From NCBI GenBank assembly GCA_021648085.1, contig JAKITS010000001.1, forward strand, positions 452,948 through 516,947: a DNA stretch of 64,000 nt, in the 5' to 3' direction. The position numbers were made by a program, and so were the translations under genes. This DNA is from Candidatus Magasanikiibacteriota bacterium (GTDB taxonomy: Bacteria > Patescibacteriota > Patescibacteriia > Magasanikbacterales > UBA922). Of the stretch, positions 46,816-57,017 are shown one piece after another (the stretch's first letter is position 1; every line of letters begins with the position of its first letter). The notes below the pieces were generated by a model. The model did not search any database and had not been told where the DNA came from. It saw only the letters and a program-made list of their open reading frames with translations.

Positions 46816-49800
46816 AAAAAACCCGCATTTCGCGGGTTTTTTATGTTTTTATTTTAACTCTTTTCCTATTTCGTATTCTTCATCATTTTTTATCGTCACT
46901 ATTCTATCCCACCTAAAATTCAATCTACTAAAGGCTTCCTCGTTTTTAATATGTCTTTTTACTTGTTTTGTCTGGTCTGTTAGGTCTGGCTCTAGCCTAA
47001 ATACTTCTGGGTTATTTTCATATTTAACAAGTGTGTAGTTTGGATGGCGATTTGTATAATCTATTATCTCACCAATTGTGTATTTATTGAGAAGTCTTGG
47101 GTCAATATCTTCTATCCAATTCCAACTATAGTTTAGTTTATTAAATACTTCTTCAGAGTCTATCCAATATTTTTGATTACCAAGAAGTAGGTACACCATT
47201 GGATCTGTTGTAATTTTTACAAGAGCACCATATTTTGGATCATATTTTGGACCCCAAGGCATAAAACCTAAAGTGTCATCTTCTACTGTTTCTAGTCTTT
47301 TCTCTTCTACTATCTCCACATTATTCCAAGAGTCAAAGTATGTGTAGAAAACATCTGCCCTACTAAAAGCTCTTTTTTTACAGTCTGGTGTAACAAGATA
47401 TACGGCAGAAGAGTTTGGTGTTTTATATACTCCACCTTCTTTTAGACTGCAGTCTGAACCTTGTTTTTCTGTTTGAGTATCAGTCTCAGTTTCTGTATTT
47501 AACTCATTTAACAGAATTGTGTCAAAATATGTTGATGCTGTTCCACCGCTTGAAAGAAATTTAGAATAAACAGTTTTTTCTCCATTTCCAGAAGGCAGTT
47601 TCCAGTTTAATTTTGAGGTAAATGGTGTAAATACTGAACCAGCAAAATCTTTTGAATTTGAAACTGCCATTCTATCTGCATCTAATATGTTAAAAGTTAT
47701 AGTTACATCTCTTGACTCTGTTGTATAAGCTCCATAATTTATTACAACTGGATTAGAAATTTCTGATTCATCTGTTAAATTTATTAGATTAATTTTCACA
47801 GAATCATAATTTAAAAACTCTGCATACTCTATTTCCAAATCTAAAACTCCATCTTTGTTTGTGTCTACTTTTTGACTCACACCCTTTATTAGGTTCAATA
47901 TAATTGGGTCTGACTCAATTGTTACCGTAATACTCTCTTTTGCTATTCTAGAGACAAACACACTATGAAAAGAAGCTCCAACTTCTGCAGATTTTTCTTC
48001 TTGCAGGAAAAACTCTGTAAATAATAATCCTGACGATACACTTTCCGTAGCTGGAGTTTTGGATGGAGTTGGTGGTGGTGCAAAGAATCCACCGCCGGTA
48101 GACGCAACATCGTCATCTGTAATAGTTGCGGTTACACTTGCGATAGTTAAGCTGTCAAAGTTAGAGTCTGAGCTTGCAGATGTGTTTGAGATTATAGTTG
48201 TAGTCTCGCCATCAACCTCGCTATCATCTGTAGCTGTGACTGTCACAGTTTGTTCTGTATCCCAATTTGCATTTGTAAAGGTGAGGTCAGAGGAAGAAAG
48301 ACTAACTTCTGAGTTTGATAGTGCGGCTGACACAGTTACATCGTCCGTAGGTTGTGCGTCTAAAACCGCAGTGTATGTGTCAGTTGTTGACCCTTCTGTC
48401 ACAGAAACAGACGAAAGAGAGATTGTAACTCCTGCTGTATCATTGTTTGTAATTGTATATGTGTAAGTTGTAGTAGAACCTAGCGAACCTCCAACAGGGT
48501 TTGATATTGTTATTATTAGAGTTTCATCATTTTCAACCAAGTCATCATCTACTACAACCAAACTCAAAGAAGTTGTTGTGTTTCCATTTGTAATTGAAGC
48601 CGTTCCGCTAGAAAGTGTGTAATCTGTTCCACTTCCTGTTGCTGTTCCTCCTGTTATTGCATAATCTACTGAGACATCACTTACTACACTTTGATCTGAA
48701 GAAATTAAGACAGAGACTGCTGTTGTTCCCTCATCTCCAGAAGCTGTGGTTGCAGAAAAATTAATCTCATAATCAAACTGCCAACGAGTATTATTTCCAG
48801 AATCACTACAACCGGTTGTACATACTATTTGTGTACTACTTAAGTTATTATTATCTTTTACATCTAGATATTGTGCGCTCGTTGTACTTTTTGGATCAAA
48901 CTTTGTCTGTGTTCCAGAGCTACTACTTCTTAGGCTCAAAAGATTTCCAGATGTTCCTGCCAAAGTTAGAGTTCCATTTACTGTTGTGGTCGTACTAGCT
49001 GGAAGTGTAAAAGTGTTTGCAGATGAGTCTGTTTTAGTTAGGTTATAAAAAGTATTTGCACCAGAAATTGTCTGGCTTGCGCCAACAAAGTCTACCGTAC
49101 TTGAGTTTGGTGTAAGTGTACCTCCTGTGTTTAGGAAGTCTCCTGTTATATTTAATGTTCCAGTTGCTGAATATATTCCAGATGCCAAAGTTATATCATT
49201 ATTTATATTTGTTGTTGCAACACTCGGAGCCAAACTATCTCCAGAATCTGTAAAATTTATAGAAATATCATAAAAATCCACAATAGAAGTAGAATAAGCA
49301 TCTGAACTTGCATCACCATTTCCAACATATTCTACTGTTCCTGAATCTGTGTCATTTGTAAGTGTTACAGTCTCACCTCCTTGAATACGAAGTGTTCCAT
49401 CGTTGCTAAATGTACTTGAAACAGTTAAATTATTTCCATTTAATGCGACTGTTCCAGAGCTAATTGTCATTGTGCTTGTAGCTACCGTACTCGTATTGAA
49501 TGTATATGTTCCACCTCCTGTGAAAGAAACATCATAAAAAGTTGAAAAACTTGGAAGAGTGTATGAACTAGCTCCATAAAATATAGCTGAACTTCCAGAG
49601 CTAAAACTAGGATAAGTTGCGTTTGTTGTAACAGTCTCACCACCTTGCATTTTTAAAATTCCACCATCTTGTACCACTACTGTTCCAGAAGATCCATTTA
49701 CTATTAAAGTATTTCCGTTTAGGTCTAAGGTTCCTTCTATTATGTTTAAATCTGTATTCGCATAATCCATTGTTAAACCAGAATTTAATGTGACAGTTCC

Positions 49801-52357
49801 TGATGATTTATTTATGTTTATATCTGAATTTATTTTATCTTCCACTCCTGTTAAATCTATTGTCTGATCTTGGGTTCCCGTTAGGTTGAATGTGGCCACA
49901 TCTAAATTGTCAAATGTGCTGGCCATTGAAAAGTTTGTTCCAGTAAATTCTAATATATTACCAGGCATCCTACCATCAATAAGATTTAAAGTAGAAGAAA
50001 CTACTAATGTATCTCCTGAAGCAATAGTGACTGTTTGACCACTATCTCCTTCTATTGTTAAGTTTGTAAAAGTAAAAGTTGTTGGTACATCTATAGTTGC
50101 TGATGTTGAATGAGTATAATATAATGTAGTTCCATTTTCATAAACAGTAGCACCAGCTCCAATAGTAAGATTGTAAACAAGACTTGTTGTTCCGGTTGGG
50201 AATGTAAAAGTTCCGCCTGTAATAAAAAGACCCTCGTAAATATATGTGATTGAAAGATCACCTGTTCCACCATCGAAAGTACCTCCAGAAACTATTAAAG
50301 CCCTATAACTTTCCATTAATGCACTTTGCATATTGAAAGTTCCACCAGAGATATTTATAGCATAGGAGTTAAAATCCAAATAGTTTGAATTTTGAGCATC
50401 AAAAGTTCCTCCTGTCATTGTAAAAGCACCGTTAAACACAATGTCAGTAGAACTTGCGTTTATTGTTCCAGCTTCTAAATTTAAAGTACTTTCAAAAGTA
50501 GTAGAAGCTACACCAGAAAATTCTATTGTTGTATTCGTTGCGTTTAGTGTAAATTTAGGCATATCGACATCTGCTGGAATTATTATATTCCTTGTGTCTG
50601 TTCCTGTTATTTTGAGAAGTCCTGTTCCACCATCAAATGTAGTGGCCATAGAAAATCCACTTCCAGGACCTATAAATTCAAAAGTACCTGAACCATCCAA
50701 AGCACCATCAACTAAATTTAAAGTAGAAGAAACTACTAATGTATCTCCTGAAGCCATGCTCACTGTTTGATTAGTACTTCCATCAATTATAAAGTTTGTA
50801 AAAGTAAAAGTTGTTGGTACATCTATAGTTGCTGATATTGAATGAGTATAATATAATGTAGTTCCATTTTCATAAACAGTAGCAGTTGCACCAATTGTTA
50901 AATTTCTTTTTAAAGTTGTTGTTCCTGTTGGGAATGTAAAAGTTCCTCCTGAAATTGTAAGATTTGCATATGTATATTGAATTGTAAGATTTCCTGTTCC
51001 ACCATCGAAAGTTCCTCCAGAAACTGTTAAAGTGTTATAACTTTCCATTAATGCACTTTGTAAACTAAAAATACCACCTGATATAGTGGTAGAGCCATTA
51101 ATATCCAAATAATTTGAGTTTTGTGCATCAAAAGTTCCTCCTGTCATTATAATAGATTTAAAGCTTATATCCGTAGAGCTTGCATTTATAGTACCAGCAT
51201 CCAAATATAAATAACCTTCAAAAGTTGTAGACGCTACTCCAGAAAATTCTATTGTTGTGTTTACTGCGTCCAATCTAAGTAAAGGAAGCTTAACATTTGC
51301 ATCAAGTATAATATTTCTTGTTTCTACTCCTGATATCTTAAGCTGTCCAGATGATGCAGAAGATCCGCCATCAAATGTTGTAGCCAAAGAAAAACCACTC
51401 CCAGGACCTGTAAATTCTAAAACTCCAGTGCCATCTAGCTCTCCGTCTATAAGCGTAAGAGTGGAAGAGACTATTACAGTGTCACCAGTATAAATAGCTA
51501 ACCGCTGACCGCTTCCACCAGCAATTGTAAGGTTTGTAAAAGTAAAAGTTGTTGGAACATTTAAAACAGCACTAGTTATAAAAGTCATTATCAAATTTGT
51601 GCCATTTTCATATACAGTAGCACCAGCTCCAATAGTTAAATCGTCTGTAATAGTTGTTGTTCCGGTTGGGAATGTAAAAGTTCCACCTGAAATTGTAAGA
51701 TCTGCATAACTATACTGGAATATCATAGTTCCTGTTCCACCATCGAAAGTACCTCCTGAGAAAACGAAATTATTATATGGTTCGAATACTGAAGATTGCA
51801 TATTAAATGTACCTCCTGAAATTGTAGTAGATCCATTAATATCAATAATCGTATCCCCTGCATTAAATGTGCCATCAGCTTGTGTAAAATTTCCAGTAGT
51901 AAGCGTAACACCTGTTGCAACAGTAATAGTCCCAGAATAACCAGCATCTATTTGAAAAGTTGTAACAGTAGAATCAACATCAATAGTTGCATTGTCCACA
52001 TCTCCACCATCAAAAATAGCTGTGTCTCCAGAAACAGGATGAGTAGTATCATTTGCCCCACCGGTTGTGGTGGACCAATTTGTGTCAGCAGAAAAATTTC
52101 CTCCAGAAGTTCCTATCCAATATTTGGTGGCTGCTTGTGACGCCGTAGGAATTAGTGAAAAAAATAAAAATAAAAAAATAAAAAAGAATAATTTTCTATA
52201 CAAAAAATTATTTTTAGGTTTAGCTATCATATATAAAAATAAATAAAAATCTCTATTAATCTTTTAATTATATCTTTTAATTACAATAATATCAAATTGG
52301 GAATTGTGAATAAAAAATTATTAAAAACAAAAAAAGACGCTCAGCGTCTTTTTTTTA
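46816..52357. repeat. segmental duplication copy 2 (~5.54 kb) of 6834-12364
   Basis: Same as copy 1. Includes a second copy of the rplU-type terminator hairpin (52336-52357) although no rplU is nearby. Confidence 0.9.
46849..52230 (-). CDS. giant secreted repeat protein, paralog 2 (1793 aa; 2 aa substitutions vs copy 1)
   Basis: Identical architecture to 6867-12248. The differences I could find are I66V and I70T plus synonymous changes. Confidence 0.85.
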   Translation of the reverse strand: MIAKPKNNFLYRKLFFFIFLFLFFSLIPTASQAATKYWIGTSGGNFSADTNWSTTTGGANDTTHPVSGDTAIFDGGDVDNATIDVDSTVTTFQIDAGYSGTITVATGVTLTTGNFTQADGTFNAGDTIIDINGSTTISGGTFNMQSSVFEPYNNFVFSGGTFDGGTGTMIFQYSYADLTISGGTFTFPTGTTTITDDLTIGAGATVYENGTNLIMTFITSAVLNVPTTFTFTNLTIAGGSGQRLAIYTGDTVIVSSTLTLIDGELDGTGVLEFTGPGSGFSLATTFDGGSSASSGQLKISGVETRNIILDANVKLPLLRLDAVNTTIEFSGVASTTFEGYLYLDAGTINASSTDISFKSIIMTGGTFDAQNSNYLDINGSTTISGGIFSLQSALMESYNTLTVSGGTFDGGTGNLTIQYTYANLTISGGTFTFPTGTTTLKRNLTIGATATVYENGTTLYYTHSISATIDVPTTFTFTNFIIDGSTNQTVSMASGDTLVVSSTLNLVDGALDGSGTFEFIGPGSGFSMATTFDGGTGLLKITGTDTRNIIIPADVDMPKFTLNATNTTIEFSGVASTTFESTLNLEAGTINASSTDIVFNGAFTMTGGTFDAQNSNYLDFNSYAINISGGTFNMQSALMESYRALIVSGGTFDGGTGDLSITYIYEGLFITGGTFTFPTGTTSLVYNLTIGAGATVYENGTTLYYTHSTSATIDVPTTFTFTNLTIEGDSGQTVTIASGDTLVVSSTLNLIDGRMPGNILEFTGTNFSMASTFDNLDVATFNLTGTQDQTIDLTGVEDKINSDININKSSGTVTLNSGLTMDYANTDLNIIEGTLDLNGNTLIVNGSSGTVVVQDGGILKMQGGETVTTNATYPSFSSGSSAIFYGASSYTLPSFSTFYDVSFTGGGTYTFNTSTVATSTMTISSGTVALNGNNLTVSSTFSNDGTLRIQGGETVTLTNDTDSGTVEYVGNGDASSDAYSTSIVDFYDISINFTDSGDSLAPSVATTNINNDITLASGIYSATGTLNITGDFLNTGGTLTPNSSTVDFVGASQTISGANTFYNLTKTDSSANTFTLPASTTTTVNGTLTLAGTSGNLLSLRSSSSGTQTKFDPKSTTSAQYLDVKDNNNLSSTQIVCTTGCSDSGNNTRWQFDYEINFSATTASGDEGTTAVSVLISSDQSVVSDVSVDYAITGGTATGSGTDYTLSSGTASITNGNTTTSLSLVVVDDDLVENDETLIITISNPVGGSLGSTTTYTYTITNNDTAGVTISLSSVSVTEGSTTDTYTAVLDAQPTDDVTVSAALSNSEVSLSSSDLTFTNANWDTEQTVTVTATDDSEVDGETTTIISNTSASSDSNFDSLTIASVTATITDDDVASTGGGFFAPPPTPSKTPATESVSSGLLFTEFFLQEEKSAEVGASFHSVFVSRIAKESITVTIESDPIILNLIKGVSQKVDTNKDGVLDLEIEYAEFLNYDSVKINLINLTDESEISNPVVINYGAYTTESRDVTITFNILDADRMAVSNSKDFAGSVFTPFTSKLNWKLPSGNGEKTVYSKFLSSGGTASTYFDTILLNELNTETETDTQTEKQGSDCSLKEGGVYKTPNSSAVYLVTPDCKKRAFSRADVFYTYFDSWNNVEIVEEKRLETVEDDTLGFMPWGPKYDPKYGALVKITTDPMVYLLLGNQKYWIDSEEVFNKLNYSWNWIEDIDPRLLNKYTIGEIIDYTNRHPNYTLVKYENNPEVFRLEPDLTDQTKQVKRHIKNEEAFSRLNFRWDRIVTIKNDEEYEIGKELK

Positions 52358-52369
52358 TTTTTGTGTGTT

Positions 52370-52963
52370 TTATTCTGCTATTTTTTTGTATTCATTTACA
52401 CTTCCAATTTCACTTAAAAGTATATTTTCCACAAAAATTCCACGAGGGTAAAAAATTCTTTCTATTTCATTTTTTAATTCTGTCTCAACCTCATCTCTTT
52501 TTACACCTACTATTTCTTCTTGTGTAAATTTACTTGCAACCATTCGAATACGACTTCTTACAGTTGGACGAATTATTTTTATTACAAAATCTTCTCCTAT
52601 TGTTTGCCACAAAGATGGGATTTGTTGAATATCCAAACGAAGTAGAATTGTTCCCTCAAAAGCAATGCGTTTTGCATCTTTTGTGACAGCCGATATTGGA
52701 ATATCTCCCATTGCTTTTTCATGCTCTGGGTTAAATTTACGAGAAATTCCATACTCCAAAGTTTGTGTATTAAAAAGCTTGGCTTTTTGCCAAAATGGTA
52801 TTTTGAAATGTAATCCTGGAGTCAAAACCTTTTTCAATACTCCACGACCAAGATCATAAACACATGCAACATATCCAGGTGGTACATAAATAAAGAAGCC
52901 TTTTAGGACATCTTCCATTACAAATGAGTACATTAATTTATCTAGTGACTCTTCTTGAGACAT
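52370..52963 (-). CDS. SPFH/band-7 (prohibitin/stomatin-like) domain protein, possibly C-terminally truncated
   Basis: …VPPGYVACVYDLGRGVLKKVLTPGLHFKIPFWQKAKLFNTQTLE… is typical of the SPFH domain. The protein ends (…NEYKKIAE*) where the coiled-coil region normally begins. The stop lies 13 nt from the duplication boundary. Confidence 0.65.
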   Translation of the reverse strand: MSQEESLDKLMYSFVMEDVLKGFFIYVPPGYVACVYDLGRGVLKKVLTPGLHFKIPFWQKAKLFNTQTLEYGISRKFNPEHEKAMGDIPISAVTKDAKRIAFEGTILLRLDIQQIPSLWQTIGEDFVIKIIRPTVRSRIRMVASKFTQEEIVGVKRDEVETELKNEIERIFYPRGIFVENILLSEIGSVNEYKKIAE

Positions 52964-52997
52964 AATATTATTTTAAACTATTTTTCTAACAAATTTA

Positions 52998-53705
52998 CTA
53001 ACTGTCCTCCATCTTTTTTGGTGTAAAAACTACTTTAGTAAACTGGTGTACAATAACAGAAAATAGCAGAGATGTCAAGACAAAAAGTGCTTTCACCATT
53101 GGTAAAAACCATAAAATTAGAAATACTGAAAATGGAAACAAGAAGAAGTAAGCTAAATCTTTTTTTCTAACTTTTAGTTTTAATTTTTTATATTTCCTAT
53201 AAATTTCAAAAAATAACAACATTCCAACTAGTGCAGACCAAAAAAAACTATGGTTCATACCCAACTCAAAACCAAAAAAAATAGTATTTATATCTCCTGG
53301 TAACTCCACAGAAGGATACAAAAACTTTGCAATTTTATCTCCTGTAATACCACGCAGAAAAACCTGATAAATCAAAATTAAAACTACTGCTTGTATACCC
53401 AAAACAACGGCCTTTGCCCACGGCTGAACTCTGCGAAGTTTAAGCATTTTTCTTATCTCTTGCTTTTTTGTAATAGAATCCATGTGAACATTTTTCTGTA
53501 CAGCCTTCACATCTTTTATTAAAACCTCGTTTCTAACTCTATTTCTTTCGCTAACAAGAGTAAATGGTAATAATGCTATACGCAGCAAAATTGTCACATT
53601 TACAACCGCCCATCCAAGATTTTGGTTTGTCCAATTGTTATAAACCCAAATCAAAAAATTAAACAATGGTTTATATAGTAGGTCGTTCCAAATGGAAATT
53701 AACAT
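52998..53705 (-). CDS. yidC: membrane protein insertase YidC/Oxa1 (short form)
   Basis: 235 aa with 5 TM helices. Conserved …LLPFTLVSERNRVRNEV… (60KD_IMP-like) region. Confidence 0.7.
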   Translation of the reverse strand: MLISIWNDLLYKPLFNFLIWVYNNWTNQNLGWAVVNVTILLRIALLPFTLVSERNRVRNEVLIKDVKAVQKNVHMDSITKKQEIRKMLKLRRVQPWAKAVVLGIQAVVLILIYQVFLRGITGDKIAKFLYPSVELPGDINTIFFGFELGMNHSFFWSALVGMLLFFEIYRKYKKLKLKVRKKDLAYFFLFPFSVFLILWFLPMVKALFVLTSLLFSVIVHQFTKVVFTPKKMEDS

Positions 53706-53745
53706 ATTTTATAAAGCTTTTATTTTTAAAGTATACCACAAAAGT

Positions 53746-55185
53746 TTAAGTTTTTTCCCAATCTTCAACATCTTTTAAATATTCGTCTTTTATACTTAAA
53801 AAATACTTTTGTGCTGGCTCGTGTTCGTTTGGGATAACCCCATCCAAAATAGCTGTCTCTATCGCCTCTTTTATCTTACCGACCGTTGGACCTGGTTTTA
53901 ATGAACACAGCTCCATAATTTCCTCTCCACGAACTGGAGACTGAAAAGCTCTCAACTTATCTCTTTCTAACACCTCTTCAATTCTCTCTTCCAAGAAATC
54001 GTAGTTTTTAAGTCTGCGCTCTTTTTTTGATGGATTTCCTGTGGTAATATCACTTCTTCCTAATTTCAATAAATCCTCCAACTCTTCACCTGCATTTACA
54101 ATAAGACGACGCACCGCGCTGTCTGTAATTTTGTCATCCATAAGGCTTATTGGGTGTTGATGCCAACGCACAAGTTTTGCAGTATAAGCAATGTCTGTTT
54201 TTTTCATTCTAAGTCGCCTCCCTATGTTCCACACCATTTTTCTACCAAGCATTTCATGCCCATCAAATGTCCAACCTCTACCTTTTGTAAATCTTTTTGT
54301 TCCTGGCTTACCAATATCGTGCATAAGTGCCGAAAAACGCAACATTACATTATCAGTATATTTAGAGATGTTATCCACAACCTTAAATGTATGTGCTAAA
54401 TTATTTTTGTGGGTTTGCCCATAAACTTCTTCGACACCATACAAATCATTTATTTCTGGTAAAAAATAATTAAAAAGTTTTGTATTATAAAGAGCCCAAA
54501 GACCAACTGAAGGTTCTTTTGTTTTAAGAAGCTTAAAAAGCTCTTCATTTATCCTTTCTTTTGAAATTATTTTTAACCTTTCTGCATTTTTTTCTATCGC
54601 TCTATAAGTTCCTTCTTCAATCTCAAAATCAAGCTGCGCAGAAAATCGAACAGCTCGCATCATACGAAGTGGATCATCAAAAAAAGTTTTATTTGGATCT
54701 ATTGGTGTTTTTAAAATTCCACCTTCTAAGTCTGCAATTCCATTAAAATTATCAACTACATTTTCAATCTTTCCAACCAACAAATCTGCAACACCTAAAG
54801 CCATAGCGTTTACTGTAAAATCTCGTCTAGACAGATCGCTTTCTAAAGTTGCAGATACAACTTTTGGCTTGCGTGTATCCTCTTTGTATTCTTCGCTTCG
54901 AGCCCCAGCAAACTCCAACTCCAAACCATTATCAAATACATATCTAGCAGTATCAAAATCTTCAAACAAAACCAAAGACCCAACCTCACCCATAACTTTA
55001 TCTACTTTTTTTGCAAACTCAACACCACTTCCCAAAACAACAAAATCCACATCTTTTGTTTTAAGTTGTGTAAAATTACCATTTGGATTATCTTTTAAGA
55101 AACGAAGTAGATCACGAACAAACCCGCCAACAACATAAACCTTCCCCACTTTCTGAATTTCCTGTAAAACTTTCTTCAATTCCAT
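53746..55185 (-). CDS. cca: CCA-adding tRNA nucleotidyltransferase with HD domain
   Basis: Pol-beta-like NTase motif YVVGGFVRDLL…DVDFVV. HD motif …ALMHDIGKP…. Confidence 0.85.
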   Translation of the reverse strand: MELKKVLQEIQKVGKVYVVGGFVRDLLRFLKDNPNGNFTQLKTKDVDFVVLGSGVEFAKKVDKVMGEVGSLVLFEDFDTARYVFDNGLELEFAGARSEEYKEDTRKPKVVSATLESDLSRRDFTVNAMALGVADLLVGKIENVVDNFNGIADLEGGILKTPIDPNKTFFDDPLRMMRAVRFSAQLDFEIEEGTYRAIEKNAERLKIISKERINEELFKLLKTKEPSVGLWALYNTKLFNYFLPEINDLYGVEEVYGQTHKNNLAHTFKVVDNISKYTDNVMLRFSALMHDIGKPGTKRFTKGRGWTFDGHEMLGRKMVWNIGRRLRMKKTDIAYTAKLVRWHQHPISLMDDKITDSAVRRLIVNAGEELEDLLKLGRSDITTGNPSKKERRLKNYDFLEERIEEVLERDKLRAFQSPVRGEEIMELCSLKPGPTVGKIKEAIETAILDGVIPNEHEPAQKYFLSIKDEYLKDVEDWEKT

Positions 55186-55186
55186 A

Positions 55187-56200
55187 CTAAATCTTTTTTA
55201 AAAACATGTCTATCAGTTTTTTTTGTTTTATCTTTCCTGTAGTTTTTACACACTTTGAAACCAATTTTGCCAGAGGTAATTCTATTTTTTTTGTTTTTGT
55301 AATACTCAAAAGTGCTTTTACTGCAGAAACACCTTCCACAGTTTGTCCAACTTTTTTTATAGCATACTTTGGAGACATACCTTTTCCAAGTGCTTCACCA
55401 AAACTTCTATTTCTACCTTCTTTTGAAAATCCTGTAGTTATTAAATCTCCAATTCCTGCAAAACTGTAAACACTATCATCTTTTCCAAAAAATACCTTAT
55501 TTAATATACTCATCTCTTCTAAAGCTAACACAACAAAAACAGCTTTGGTATTTTCACTAAATCCAAGACCATCGCAAATACCCAGAATTATTGAATACAC
55601 ATTTTTTGTAAAACCACCCAACTCCACACCAACAATATCAGAAGTTGGATATAGTTTTAAAAAATCATTTTGCAAAACTGAACTCACCACTTTTATAGCT
55701 TTTTCATCTTTAGATGCGATATTCATAAAAGTATAATTTCTTGTTGCCATCTGCCTTGCGATAGCTGGACCAGAAATTGCAACGACACTTCCTTTAAACT
55801 CTTTATTTTTTTTCATTAACTCTGGAATAAATCCAAAAGTGTCAGGGCATACACCTTTCGAACTATCAACCACAATAGAATTTTTATTTAAAAATGGTAT
55901 TGTTTTTTTAAAATTACTCAATATAACATTTGTGGGTAGTGCAAAAATAACTATACTCGCACCACTTACTGCTTTTTCTAAGTCTTTTTCAGCTTTTATT
56001 TTTTTTGACAATTTTACACCTTTTAGATACTTTCTATTTTCCTGAAAACTAGCTATTTGAGTCAAAGGCTCAATATCCCCTTCCCAATTCCATATTTTTA
56101 CATTAAATCCATTTTCTGCAACTACCTGGGCCAATGCTGTACCCATATTTCCTGCACCTATTACTGTTACTGTTTTGTTAGACATAAATATTTTAAACAA
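55187..56200 (-). CDS. gpsA: NAD(P)H-dependent glycerol-3-phosphate dehydrogenase
   Basis: Rossmann motif VTVIGAGNMGTALAQV. GpsA-type C-terminal domain. Confidence 0.85.
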   Translation of the reverse strand: MFKIFMSNKTVTVIGAGNMGTALAQVVAENGFNVKIWNWEGDIEPLTQIASFQENRKYLKGVKLSKKIKAEKDLEKAVSGASIVIFALPTNVILSNFKKTIPFLNKNSIVVDSSKGVCPDTFGFIPELMKKNKEFKGSVVAISGPAIARQMATRNYTFMNIASKDEKAIKVVSSVLQNDFLKLYPTSDIVGVELGGFTKNVYSIILGICDGLGFSENTKAVFVVLALEEMSILNKVFFGKDDSVYSFAGIGDLITTGFSKEGRNRSFGEALGKGMSPKYAIKKVGQTVEGVSAVKALLSITKTKKIELPLAKLVSKCVKTTGKIKQKKLIDMFLKKI

Positions 56201-57017
56201 AATATAAAATTAAAATTAAAGCACCCAATACAAATCTATAAATTGCAAAATCTTTGAAAGTTCTTTTTTGTATAAACCGCATCAAAAAGCAAATAGCAAA
56301 AAAACCACTTACAAATGCTGATATAAATCCTACAAAAAGATGAGAGACAGAAATGGTTTCTAAACTAGATTTGGTAATATCTAAAAAAGTCAAAAGCCCT
56401 GCGCCAAAAATTACAGGAATACTCATCAAAAAAGAAAAACTCGCCGCATCCTTCCTATTCATTCCTTTTAAAAGTCCCGCACTTATCGTAATTCCAGACC
56501 TGCTCGTACCTGGAATTAAAGCTATTGCTTGGGCAAAACCTATGAACAATGTATCTTTCCAGTTTAAGTCATTGTGTGTTTTTTGTGTTTTATGATGTCT
56601 GGATTTCCAATCTGCAAACCACAATACCCCACCCCAAAAAATAAGACCAAAAGCAACAACCAAAACAGATCTTAGACTATTTTCCACAAAATCTTTTATT
56701 AAAAAACCTACCAATACTGCTGGTAAAGTAGAAATAGCGAGCAGAAAAATAAACCTCCTTTCTTCTTTGTTATCTTCTGTTTTTCCAAAAATAGAAAATA
56801 ACAATGATAAAAGTTTTTTACGAAAATAAAATACAACAGCTAGTAAACTTCCTAAATGCAGGACAACATCGAAAAACAACCCCTGATCAGACCAGTTAAG
56901 CCAATTAGAGAGTAATATTAGATGTCCTGAAGATGAAATTGGCAAAAATTCAGCAACACCTTGCAGTATTCCTAAAAAAAATGCCTGAAAAAATGTAGTC
57001 ATAAAATCTAAAACCAC
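56193..57017 (-). CDS. uppP: undecaprenyl-diphosphatase UppP/BacA
   Basis: Motifs …LPISSSGHLIL… and …IPGTSRSGITI…. Confidence 0.9.
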   Translation of the reverse strand: MVLDFMTTFFQAFFLGILQGVAEFLPISSSGHLILLSNWLNWSDQGLFFDVVLHLGSLLAVVFYFRKKLLSLLFSIFGKTEDNKEERRFIFLLAISTLPAVLVGFLIKDFVENSLRSVLVVAFGLIFWGGVLWFADWKSRHHKTQKTHNDLNWKDTLFIGFAQAIALIPGTSRSGITISAGLLKGMNRKDAASFSFLMSIPVIFGAGLLTFLDITKSSLETISVSHLFVGFISAFVSGFFAICFLMRFIQKRTFKDFAIYRFVLGALILILYFV

